NCBI GenBank assembly: GCA_032718475.1
Contig: JAUCBJ010008813.1
Coordinates: 62,001 to 126,000, forward strand
Length of the DNA: 64,000 nt
Direction: 5' to 3'
DNA from: Nemertoderma westbladi
Taxonomy: Eukaryota > Animalia > Xenacoelomorpha
In this document: one piece after another, positions 22,254 through 34,076 of the stretch
How positions within the stretch are numbered: the first letter of the stretch is position 1
Layout of the letters: the number at the start of each line of letters is the position of its first letter
Position numbers and translations under genes: made by a program
Notes under the pieces: model-generated
The model's input: only the letters and a program-made list of their open reading frames with translations
What the model was told of the DNA's origin: nothing
Database searches by the model: none

Positions 22254-25200
22254 TGTGTGTGGTTGGAACTAACACCTTGTGTGTGGTTGGAACTAACACC
22301 TTGTGTGTGGTTGGAACTAACACCTTGTGTGTGGTTGGAACTAACACCTTGTGTGTGGTTGGAACTAACACCTTGTGTGTGGTTGGAACTAACACCTTGT
22401 GTGTGGTTGGAACTAACACCTTGTGTGTGGTTGGAACTAACACCTTGTGTGTGGTTGGAACTAACACCTTGTGTGTGGTTGGAACTAACACCTTGTGTGT
22501 GGTTGGAACTAACACCTTGTGTGTGGTTGGAACTAACACCTTGTGTGTGGTTGGAACTAACACCTTGTGTGTGGTTAGATCTAGATCTAACACCTTTGGG
22601 TGCGGTTAGATGTAACACCTTTGAGTGCGGATAGATCTAACACCTTTTGGGTGCGGTTAGATCTAACACCTTTGAGTGCGGATAGATCTAACACCTTTGA
22701 GTGCGGATAGATCTAACACCTTTGGGTGCGGTTAGATCTAACACCTTTGAGTGCGGATAGATCTAACACCTTTGGGTGCGGATAGATCTAACACCTTTGG
22801 GTGCGGTTAGATCTAACACCTTTGGGTGCGGTTAGATATAACACCTTGTGTGTGGTTAGATCTAACACCTTTGGGTGCGGTTAGATATAACACCTTGTGT
22901 GTGGTTAGATCTAACACCTTTGGGTGCGGTTAGATATAACACCTTGTGTGTGGTTAGATCTAACACCTTTGAGTGCGGATAGATCTAACACCTTTGAGTG
23001 CGGATAGATCTAACACCTTTGGGTGCGGTTAGATCAACACCTTTGGGTGCGGTTAGATATAACACCTTGTGTGTGGTTAGATCTAACACCTTTGGGTGCG
23101 GTTAGATATAACACCTTGTGTGTGGTTAGATCTAACACCTTTGGGTGCGGTTAGATATAACACCTTGTGTGTGGTTAGATCTAACACCTTTGGGTGCGAT
23201 TAGATATAACACCTTGTGTGTGGTTAGATCTAACACCTTTGAGTGCGGTTAGATATAACACCTTTGAGTGCGGTTAGATCTAACACCTTTGAGTGCGTAT
23301 AGATCTAACACCTTTGAGTGCGGATAGATCTAACACCTTTGGATGCGGTTAGATCTAACACCTTTGGGTGCGGTTAGATATAACACCTTGTGTGTGGTTA
23401 GATCTAACACCTTTGGGTGCGGTTAGATATAACACCTTTGAGTGCGGTTAGATCTAACACCCTTGAGTGCGGATAGATCTAACACCTTTGAGTGCGGATA
23501 GATCTAACACCTTTGGGTGCGGTTAGATCTAACACCTTTGGGTGCGGTTAGATAAAACACCTTGTGTGTGGTTAGATCTAACACCTTTGAGTGCGGTTTA
23601 TATATAACACCTTTGAGTGCGGTTAGAACTAACACCTTTGAGTGCGGATAGATCTAACACCTTTGGGTGCGGTAAGATCTAACACCTTTGGGTGCGGTTA
23701 GATATAACACCTTGTGTGTGGTTAGATCTAACACCTTTGAGTGCGGTTAGATCTAACACCTTTGAGTGCGGATAGATCTAACACCTTTGAGTGCGGATAG
23801 ATCTAACACCTTTGAGTGCGGTTAGATCTAACACCTTTGAGTGCGGTTAGATATAACACCTTGTGTGTGGTTAGATCTAACACCTTTGGGTGCGGTTAGA
23901 TATAACACCTTGTGTGTGGTTAGATCTAACACCTTTGAGTGCGGTTAGATCTAACACCTTTGGGTGCGGTTAGATCTAACACCTTTGAGTGCGGTTAGAT
24001 CTAACACCTTTGTGTGCGGTTAGATCTAACACCTTTGAGTGCGGTTAGATATAACACCTTTGAGTGCGGTTAGATCTAACACCTGTGGGTGCGGTTAGAT
24101 CTAACACCTTTGGGTGCGGTTAGATATAACACCTTGTGTGTGGTTAGATCTAACACCTTTGTGTGCGGTTAGATCTAACACCTTTGAGTGCGGTTAGATC
24201 TAACACCTTTGAGTGCGGTTAGATCTAACACCTTTGGGTGCGGTTAGATCTAACACCTTTGAGTGCGGTTAGATATAACACCTTTGAGTGCGGTTAGATC
24301 TAACACCTTTGGGTGCGGTTAGATCTAACACCTTTGAGTGCGGTTAGATCTAACACCTTTGAGTGCGGTTAGATATAACACCTTTGAGTGCGGTTAGATC
24401 TAACACCTTTGTGTGCGGTTAGATCTAACACCTTTGAGTGCGGTTAGATATAACACCTTGTGTGTGGTTAGATCTAACACCTTTGGGTGCGGTTAGATAT
24501 AACACCTTTGAGTGCGGTTAGATCTAACACCCTTGAGTGCGGATAGATCTAACACCTTTGAGTGCGGATAGATATAACACCTTTGGGTGCGGTTAGATCT
24601 AACACCTTTGGGTGCGGTTAGATATAACACCTTGTGTGTGGTTAGATCTAACACCTTTGAGTGCGGTTTATATATAACACCTTTGAGTGCGGTTAGATCT
24701 AACACCTTTGAGTGCGGATAGATCTAACACCTTTGGGTGCGGTTAGATCTAACACCTTTGGGTGCGGTTAGATATAACACCTTGTGTGTGGTTAGATCTA
24801 ACACCTTTGAGTGCGGTTAGATCTAACACCTTTGAGTGCGGATAGATCTAACACCTTTGAGTGCGGATAGATCTAACACCTTTGAGTGCGGTTAGATCTA
24901 ACACCTTTGAGTGCGGTTAGATATAACACCTTGTGTGTGGTTAGATCTAACACCTTTGGGTGCGGTTAGATATAACACCTTGTGTGTGGTTAGATCTAAC
25001 ACCTTTGAGTGCGGCTAGATCTAACACCTTTGGGTGCGGTTAGATCTAACACCTTTGAGTGCGGTTAGATCTAACACCTTTGTGTGCGGTTAGATCTAAC
25101 ACCTTTGAGTGCGGTTAGATATAACACCTTTGAGTGCGGTTAGATCTAACACCTTTGGGTGCGGTTAGATCTAACACCTTTGGGTGCGGTTAGATATAAC

Positions 25201-26972
25201 ACCTTGTGTGTGGTTAGATCTAACACCTTTGTGTGCGGTTAGATCTAACACCTTTGAGTGCGGTTAGATCTAACACCTTTGAGTGCGGTTAGATCTAACA
25301 CCTTTGGGTGCGTTTAGATCTAACACCTTTGAGTGCGGTTAGATATAACACCTTTGAGTGCGGTTAGATCTAACACCTTTGGGTGCGGTTAGATCTAACA
25401 CCTTTGAGTGCGGTTAGATCTAACACCTTTGAGTGCGGTTAGATATAACACCTTTGAGTGCGGTTAGATCTAACACCTTTGTGTGCGGTTAGATCTAACA
25501 CCTTTGAGTGCGGTTAGATATAACACCTTGTGTGTGGTTAGATCTAACACCTTTGGGTGCGGTTAGATATAACACCTTGTGTGTGGTTAGATCTAACACC
25601 TTTGAGTGCGGTTAGATCTAACACCTTTGAGTGCGGTTGGATCTAACACCTTTGGGTGCGGTTAGATCTAACACCTTTGAGTGCGGTTAGATATAACACC
25701 TTTGAGTGCGGTTAGATCTAACACCTTTGGGTGCGGTTAGATCTAACACCTTTGAGTGCGGTTAGATCTAACACCTTTGAGTGCGGTTAGATATAACACC
25801 TTTGAGTGCGGTTAGATCTAACACCTTTGTGTGCGGTTAGATCTAACACCTTTGAGTGCGGTTAGATATAACACCTTGTGTGTGGTTAGATCTAACACCT
25901 TTGGGTGCGGTTAGATATAACACCTTGTGTGTGGTTAGATCTAACACCTTTGAGTGCGGTTAGATCTAACACCTTTGGGTGCGGTTAGATCTAACACCTT
26001 TGAGTGCGGTTAGATCTAACACCTTTGTGTGCGGTTAGATCTAACACCTTAGAGTGCGGTTAGATATAACACCTTTGAGTGCGGTTAGATCTAACACCTT
26101 TGAGTGCGGATAGATCTAACACCTTTGGGTGCGGTTAGATCTAACACCTTTGGGTGCGGTTAGATATAACACCTTGTGTGTGGTTAGATCTAACACCTTT
26201 GGGTGCGGTTAGATATAACACCTTGTGTGTGGTTAGATCTAACACCTTTGGGTGCGGTTAGATATAACACCTTGTGTGTGGTTAGATCTAACACCTTTGA
26301 GTGCGGTTAGATCTAACACCTTTGTGTGCGGTTAGATCTAACACCTTTGAGTGCGGTTAGATATAACACCTTTGAGTGCGGTTAGATATAACACCTTTTA
26401 GTGCGGTTAGATATAACACCTTGTGTGTGGTTAGATCTAACACCTTTGAGTGCGGTTAGATCTTACACCTTTGCGTGGTGTTAGATGTAACACCTTTGTG
26501 TGCGGTTAGATCTAACACCTTTGAGTGCGGTTAGATCTAACACCTTTGCGTGGTGTTAAATCTAACAACTTTGTGTGTGGTTAGATCTTACACCTTTGCG
26601 TGGTGTTAGATCTAACACCTTTGCGTGGTGTTAAATCTAACAACTTTGTGTGTGGTTAGATCTTACACCTTTGCGTGGTGTTAGATCTAACACCTTTGTG
26701 TGCGGTTAGATCTAACACCTTTGATTGCGGTTAGATCTAACACCTTTGCGTGGTGTTAAATCTTACAACTTTGTGTGTGGTTAGATCTTACACCTTTGCG
26801 TGATGTTAGATCTAACACCTTGTGTGTGGTTAGATCTAGATCTAACACCTTGTAGGCGGTTGGAATTTACACCTTGTGTGTGGTTAATAAATCTAGATCT
26901 CACACCTTTGAGTGCGGTTAGATCTAACACCTTGTGTGCGGTTAGATCTACCACTGTACGGTTAGATCTAAC
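22254..26972. repeat. 24/25-bp satellite with palindromic core GTTAGATCTAAC, about 190 units
   Basis: About 13 identical 24-mers (TGTGTGTGGTTGGAACTAACACCT), then GTTAGATCTAACACCTTTGRGTGCG 25-mers interspersed with 24-mers. The right end is degenerate. Confidence 0.97.
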
Positions 26973-28807
26973 AGCTATGTGTTACTAAGTTATGTAAGTT
27001 GCAGTTGGTAGGTAATTCTAACATTTTAACTGAACTATCCAGGCCGACCCTGTATAGAGTTGTATTGTAATTTATACATCTTCCCTGTAAAAATAAATTA
27101 TTTAAAATAAAAACATAAAAGATATAAGTATAATAACTGTTTCAAAATATAACTCGTTCCTTGGGCCTTCGCTCAATGCTCAATGGGTCGGCACTATTTC
27201 AACTCTGGAAGTATTGTGATAGACTACATATCTGTTCCGAGTTTGGTTTAATTCATCGACGATTAGTCGAGGTTTATTAGCCGTCAAACATTAGCCGACA
27301 TGCTAAACTTAAACTCCCATATTTCGTCGCTCGCCCCTCAACCATAAAGAATGTAACTTAATTTATAAAAAGTAATTTGTTAAGAAAATAACCTATAAAG
27401 TACCGGCATGAATTCTAAGAAATTGGTTTTTAATGACCACATTGCTACGATGTTGCACGGCTAGAGATTTAGCGCTCTTTTAATTTATTAAAAAGTATAA
27501 AACTTTACCGGAAATTCTTTGTTAATTTTTATTTCTAAATTATAAAATAAATAAATTTTTAAATTATTTGTATAGTTATTCCTTTATTAAACTGCACATT
27601 ATGTTTTTTCCTTAAAACACACACATTGCTTGGTACAACAGTGTTTACTTAAACCAAAATAAATATTTTAAAATGATAAACTTTCTTTATCTTGTTAAAT
27701 TATTTAATTTTTAGCCGTTAGACTTTCCAAAATTGCAAAATTTCCTAAAAATAAAAACAAAAACCAGGACTTAGTGTTTACTGGTCGAATAGCTTTATGT
27801 CAATTATATTGGTTTTAAACTCATCCGCGTCTAGATATTCTTGTTGATTTTGTTATGGTGCTAATTCTCTTTGTTAGGAAAGTTGAATAATCAATCTCTT
27901 AAAGTTACACTGAGTTAATCACTGCGGTGTTAATGGTATAAACACTTAGCAATTATTGTTTGTCTATCATAATAATATTATCCTAAATTATTTGATATTG
28001 AAGATTAAATTGTTTTTTTCGTGATATACCATATTTTCTTATACGACACCTCACTCTCCCTCTCTGGCGAGTAAAGCTTTCTTGGTAATGGGAATTTACC
28101 TGCTGTGATATGGCAGACCAAGTAATAATAATAATAATAATTTTATTTTCAAGATACCTCACAAACAATACAGATGCACCGCACCAAAAATTGTATGAAA
28201 CAGTAATATAATTACTAAACGTTATTGTTTATCAGTCTCCATTGACTGGTGCCTACAATTTTAGGAGATTACCTAGACACAATAGCAAAGCTAGTGCTGT
28301 GCCTGGGTAACCTTTTACTAACATGTTGATTTGCGAGGGGGGGGGGGGGGGGGATTGGCGGTATGACGCCAAAGAATTGAGTAACCATCTTATACACCTG
28401 AGAATGATAACTGCGGGAAGCCAACCCAGAGTACTCCCGCAAGGACCTTCTCACTGACCAGATGTGGTCGATATGTCAAAGGATAACTGTAACCGATGTT
28501 ACGCAGAGGGTATAATTCTAAGAGATGTGACAGACTGGATAATTGAAACCGATGAGTAAGAGTGGAAAATTGTAACCAATATTTCAAGGTAGATAAATGT
28601 ACTCTCACTGTAGTACTACTCACTGAGGTAAGGTTCCTCAATAAGAGATTGTAGAATACCTCATTACTTAATTAATGTCCCCTAATCACATTAAGACCTC
28701 ACAAAATTCCGACTGAGGTCTAGAATATATGTGCCAGGTGTCAATCAGGAAAAATGGATTATAAACAAAAACAATAATACGAATGATTTCAGCCCCCTAG
28801 CGGTAGA

Positions 28808-30494
28808 TAGAGGCGTAGCGAGCACTTCTGGTGCCCGGGGGAATGAAGCTGAGATCCCCCCCCCCCCCCCCTCCCCGCCTTCAATAATTTTAACTTTTCA
28901 TTTATGGCGGTTTTTTTATATTATATATATATTTTTATATATATATGTGAAGTCACTCGTGTAATAACCATTGCCAATGTTGAGCTATATCGAGACAATC
29001 GGTGGTCCATCACGGCGAATTGGTATTTTACTCGGTAGAGAGTGCTTCCACCATAAGCAAACACATTACAATGGAAAACAACCCATGTAATACATTAGGA
29101 GGCCGGTTAGTGCGTGATATGACAAGGCATTTATGGGATTAATGTACATTACCGCCCTTATTGTCACAATATCACCACGATATACCGCATGTGTAGCCAG
29201 CCAATTATCACCTTGCTACTACCACAAGGGATAATATGCTTGTTGCATTGTTGTGCCTCACGATACTCCGGCCCATTTTAGTCATAATATCGTCTCTGAA
29301 TGACCTTTTAATTAATCTGTCATTCTACCAATCTGTACGAGCGTATATGCGATGCGCGTAGGTTAGAATACCCTGTTATTATTTGTAGAGTCTGATAATG
29401 TTTAGTTAGGTTTTAAGAGGACTAAAATAATTAACTATTAACTAATTTGAGCATAATTATTTGTACAAATGCACCGAGATTGCATGTACTTGTAGTGCAT
29501 TGCAATGCATGTAGGGCAAAGAGTAATATATTAAGTGTTATGTGTAAACTCAACGATATTATGTTTTCCGGGATGGTTGCCTATCTTATCTAACTCTCCG
29601 AGATTAGATTCCGAGATGTTCCGAGATATCTAGAAGAGGGACTGGACAACACAAAGAACCGCCAATCCCGGTCAGTGAGTAGGACGTAAACCCTTGCACT
29701 TGTCTTGTCCATTAGCCTGAACAAAGCATTGGTAAGCGTGTTTCACCCCTGTTGTCACTTGCTCCCGCTTTGAGTTAGGAAACAGACCCGAATTGTCGTT
29801 CTGGAACACCATAACAAGTAAGTGTCAGAAATAAAGTGCTCAATTAGTGATTAATTACAAATCCAAAAAAATCAAACTAATGATTATTACATTTTACAAA
29901 TTTGAGATATGTAACTAATGCATCTGGTTTACTGTGAAATTGCGCGTTGGAGATTAGCTTCTGATTGAAATCAACAAACTTAAAGCCGATAACGTTACGA
30001 GTCCGTAACGTTATTACGAACTGTCCAAACACGCACGGCTATACAACTAGAACAAAATAAGTTGGACTCACAATAACCACCTTGCGTTCGTGCGCGTACA
30101 ATATAACAGTAGGCCTATATACTATATCAAATCCTCAAATCGATTATATACAAGTTTGATATGGTGCAATTATAATATAATTATTATATTAACATTATAT
30201 ATATATATATATAACAGTAGGCCTATATACTATATCAAATCCTCAAATCTATTATATACAAGTTTGATATAGTGCAATTATAATATATTGAATGGCGAGC
30301 AAAGTGAGCCGAGAAAAAGGTTACATTTTTCGCTTATGACACATGTCCTGTATACTGTATCATAATCCCTGAATTTTCACTGATTTGTCTTATTTTTACA
30401 AGAATACCCTGACATTTGCCTGGCATTTCAGCGCCCCCTGGTGAGCGCGCCCGGGGGAACATTCCCCCCTCCCCACCCCCTCGCTACGCCTCTG
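28808..30494. mobile_element. Non-autonomous hAT-type element, 1.7 kb
   Basis: TIRs TAGAGGCGTAGCGAG / CTCGCTACGCCTCTG. 8-bp TSD GCGGTAGA at 28800-28807 and 30495-30502. An empty-site paralog of the target lies inverted at ~34836-34876. Confidence 0.9.
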
Positions 30495-31991
30495 GCGGTA
30501 GACTTGTGAACTGCCGAGGGATTACCTCGAAGGACAGTACCTGTAGTTTCTTTCACCTCTAGTGTTCAGCATGTCGGCCTGATATAGAGCTACACTACAT
30601 GAGTGTATCCATATCATTATTCAATCGGGAATCGGGTGCTATTAAATCATCTATACATGAAACTTATTTGGGATCTGGGGAAGAAGGGATTTGCCAACAA
30701 TCATTTTCTTAAATTCTATGCATAAACAGTTCTCTATTTCCAATTTCGTATTCATACAACCAGGCATATATAATAATCAGTTTATTACAGAGTCGTATCT
30801 CAATATAACACAACAACAATACTCATTGACACAATTGTAACCAATTTCAAATTGTAAATTTGTATTGTTTTACTACCTAATAAAAAGTACTAGCTAACAC
30901 AAAATCTAAATTTCTAGCTATAATCTTACTGTATTTGTTCTAGAACAAAATCCTCATGCTAAAAGCTATTCTTCCCAAGAAAAAATTGGACTTCTGGATT
31001 TCTCTCACAAAAAACCTCTTTATCTAATACTGTTTAATTTAATTTGATTATCCGGCTTAAATTCGCCCACGCAAATTCCTTCAAGTTGCCGTAAATGTTG
31101 AGCAACTTTTACGGCAACTTTTTTTCAGGAATGGATCATGTTATAGTTTATAATGTCGATAAATTGAATTAATTTGAGCAACAAAAACAAAAATTATTAT
31201 TTATTTATTACATAAATCAGTTAATGTAATTAAACTTTAGGTTAATTTATAAGTAATTAATAAATATATATATAATATCTATTTTTTCAAAGGAATGTAT
31301 TTTAATCATAACAGTAAATAAACAAGTAGACTATAGAATAAACATTGAACAAACCACAGCAACATTATTAATTAATTTACAAGTTTGGTCTAATTAACAA
31401 TTGGAATATAATAACTAATCTCCAGACGTTAATGCAGCTAGTTTAAATAATGTATGTATGCGTAATCATTAAGTAAGGTTGGTGGGGTGATGAAGATAAA
31501 AAAAGGAAAAATAAAAAATGACTCATAAATGACAAAGCAGACACAACTTAAAAGTGAGCTAAAGTTTATTGTCCAGGATAGTAGGATCCTTCTTTTCAAC
31601 TGTTTGCAAACTTGTCGGATTCTGGAATTATCCGGATCCCAGATAAGATCAACTTAGAAAGAAAGAATTAATTAATTTCCTTGGCATTGAGAAAACATGT
31701 TCTACATCATTACAAAAAAAAAAACAATTGAACAGTTAGCCCGGTAGGGGTAATGTAAGAAGAAAAGTAGCTTACCCAAAAAGTTTATCAATAATTTAGT
31801 GGTCATTTCTTCCAAATTAAAATTTGACAGTGCGATAATAAAAAACAACGCGCCTAGACGTACATATTACCCCTACGCCTACAGTTTGTACTTATTTTTT
31901 GTTATAATAATACCCCAAGATTGTATTTTTTTTACTTTACTCTTACGTAATTTTTTTATCCCTACAGTTTGTAATTTTTTACCCAATTATT

Positions 31992-34076
31992 TTATGTTCT
32001 GCGAGATTTTATGTAAATTAATCTATTGGAATTTGTTTTAGATAAAAAGAAGCCAAGACGGCGACCCAACACTGCTAGTCTATCGTAACTCCAACAACCG
32101 AAACCGCCATCCACGTCTATAGTGCCCAGACAGGCCCTGTTGGAAACGTCGTAGACGCCAATACAATGACGTCCGTCGGCCTCAAAAGGAACCAACCAAT
32201 GGGCGGTTGGCCCAATGTAGAACAATTCTAATCCACCAATAGGATTCCAGGGGCCACAATCTAGAGTACTGAAGGTGCAATCAAACTCCAGGGAATTATT
32301 TGAATAATCCGCCCTGTACAAATAGACTTCCAATAAACTTTTGTTTATCTGATAGAATCCGAAATAGCTACCCAAAGAGCTGACCAAACGACCGGGGTTC
32401 TCTAATGCAGTTAAACCTAGAACTTCGAGATTATTTGTGTCGATAATGATTACGTTATTGTTGCTAGTAGCAACCCAGCCGACACCAATGCCCGCACCCA
32501 CGTGGACACCAACTACTGTACCCGCAACCTCTCTCTTAAACTCATTGTTATAAATGCATAAATGCTTTATTTCGACTCTGTCGAGTCCTCGTCTCATACG
32601 GAAACCGAATACACAATATTCAGTAGAAGCTAACCAATTGTTATTATCACCTCTCAAGAGTTTAACATGTTCCTTGTTGGGATATTCGCAAGCAGTTTGT
32701 CCAGTCAGGTCTACAGGCTGTCCACAACGTGAAAACTTATTTGTTTCTTTGCTGATATTAAATATCAAAATTCGGTTATTTTCAGCATCGCTCATAGCTA
32801 GATTATTGTGCCAATCTGTGCCAATCGTTCCAACTCTATTAACTCCAAACAACCCACAGTTTATTGTACAACTCTCGACTAGTTGGGGGACTTCTGGAAC
32901 ATTTTTCTGGTATACATAACCATGAAGTCCTATTAAACGGTCGGTTTTAATTACCTCCGTTTGAGCCTGAACGTCATCAAGTATCTCATCTTCTCCATCC
33001 TTCTCATATGTTTGTGTTCCCACCGTCGTATTATTTAGCGCCTTGTCATCGATATCTTCGTGTTGACCGACTACAACCTTCCCAATTAATTTACTAAACG
33101 ATTTTGAAATAACATTTTCTTCTACAGATTTAAATTTAATTTCTGGAAATTCAACAATTTCAATTTCATTTATCTCTATCGTAATGTCTTCGAAACGGCT
33201 AATAAGATCTTTAGCACCATTAAGTTGGTCCATTAGTTCTGAGTTGTTCAAATTGTAGTAATGTTCCGATCCTTTCGGTAAGTCAATTTCCTTAAGATAT
33301 TTTTTGGTTTTGGATAATTTTTCTTTAGTTACAGAGTTTATATCTTGTACTTTTTGTTTCAACTTAATTTTAGCTGCTTCCAACATGTCTACCATGTTAC
33401 CAATATGTTCGTCTATTTCATTCACGCATCGTTCAGTAACTTCATCAAACAATTCTAAAACATTTTCACAAATTGATAATCGCGATTGCAATAAATTATT
33501 GACAATTCGAGGACTTTCTTCCAATTTAAATCTGAAGTTTTCAGCAACATCAGCAGAAGGTAATACATCATGATCGTTATTGTGATGGTCTTTACAGACA
33601 AGCTTCTCGCAAACAAGACAGAATTGAGATGTTGAACATATATGAGGGACCCTAATCTTAGGCCTGGCTCCAGGCTGTTGTTTATCCTTTGAAGTTGGAC
33701 CCATCTTGTCTTCAGTCTCAACACAAGATTCGTGCTGGTTTCGCTCATGGTGTAACTCGCACTCGTTACAGATTTCCAGATGACAATCTTTGCAAGGTGT
33801 TGTACCTTTCTCTTTGTTACAGCGCTCACAGACTTTACTCTCTCTAAATGTGTCTACCAACGAACCTACCAGATGGTTCTGCGCCAGGCCCGACAAAGAT
33901 TCCACCTTCGTTACAATTCTACATTTGGGACATTCCAATGTAAAAGCGTCGCCAACTTCTTTTGAAAGGTCTTTAATGCAACTGAAACAAAAAGTATGCT
34001 GGCAAGAGAGAACTCTTGGGTTTAGGAGAATTCTGAAACACATAGGGCATTCTAAGTCACGTTCGATTCGATCCAT
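31992..34076 (-). CDS. Intronless tripartite motif (TRIM/RBCC) protein, 694 aa
   Basis: C3HC4 RING (CPMC...CQHTFCFSC...CPKC), B-box (CERC..CKDC..CNEC..HH), a second degenerate B-box, a coiled coil, and a beta-rich C-terminus with weak NHL-like SDAENNRILIFN. Confidence 0.93.
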   Translation of the reverse strand: MDRIERDLECPMCFRILLNPRVLSCQHTFCFSCIKDLSKEVGDAFTLECPKCRIVTKVESLSGLAQNHLVGSLVDTFRESKVCERCNKEKGTTPCKDCHLEICNECELHHERNQHESCVETEDKMGPTSKDKQQPGARPKIRVPHICSTSQFCLVCEKLVCKDHHNNDHDVLPSADVAENFRFKLEESPRIVNNLLQSRLSICENVLELFDEVTERCVNEIDEHIGNMVDMLEAAKIKLKQKVQDINSVTKEKLSKTKKYLKEIDLPKGSEHYYNLNNSELMDQLNGAKDLISRFEDITIEINEIEIVEFPEIKFKSVEENVISKSFSKLIGKVVVGQHEDIDDKALNNTTVGTQTYEKDGEDEILDDVQAQTEVIKTDRLIGLHGYVYQKNVPEVPQLVESCTINCGLFGVNRVGTIGTDWHNNLAMSDAENNRILIFNISKETNKFSRCGQPVDLTGQTACEYPNKEHVKLLRGDNNNWLASTEYCVFGFRMRRGLDRVEIKHLCIYNNEFKREVAGTVVGVHVGAGIGVGWVATSNNNVIIIDTNNLEVLGLTALENPGRLVSSLGSYFGFYQINKSLLEVYLYRADYSNNSLEFDCTFSTLDCGPWNPIGGLELFYIGPTAHWLVPFEADGRHCIGVYDVSNRACLGTIDVDGGFGCWSYDRLAVLGRRLGFFLSKTNSNRLIYIKSRRT

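Noticed and set aside
22254-26972. CRISPR-like array of palindromic repeats
   Set aside because: There are no unique spacers and no cas genes, and the context is eukaryotic. It is a satellite.
28960-29830. Solo LTR (TGTAAT...ATAACA followed by GTGTCAGAA)
   Set aside because: There is no TSD or second LTR, and the terminal similarity is too short to support a call.
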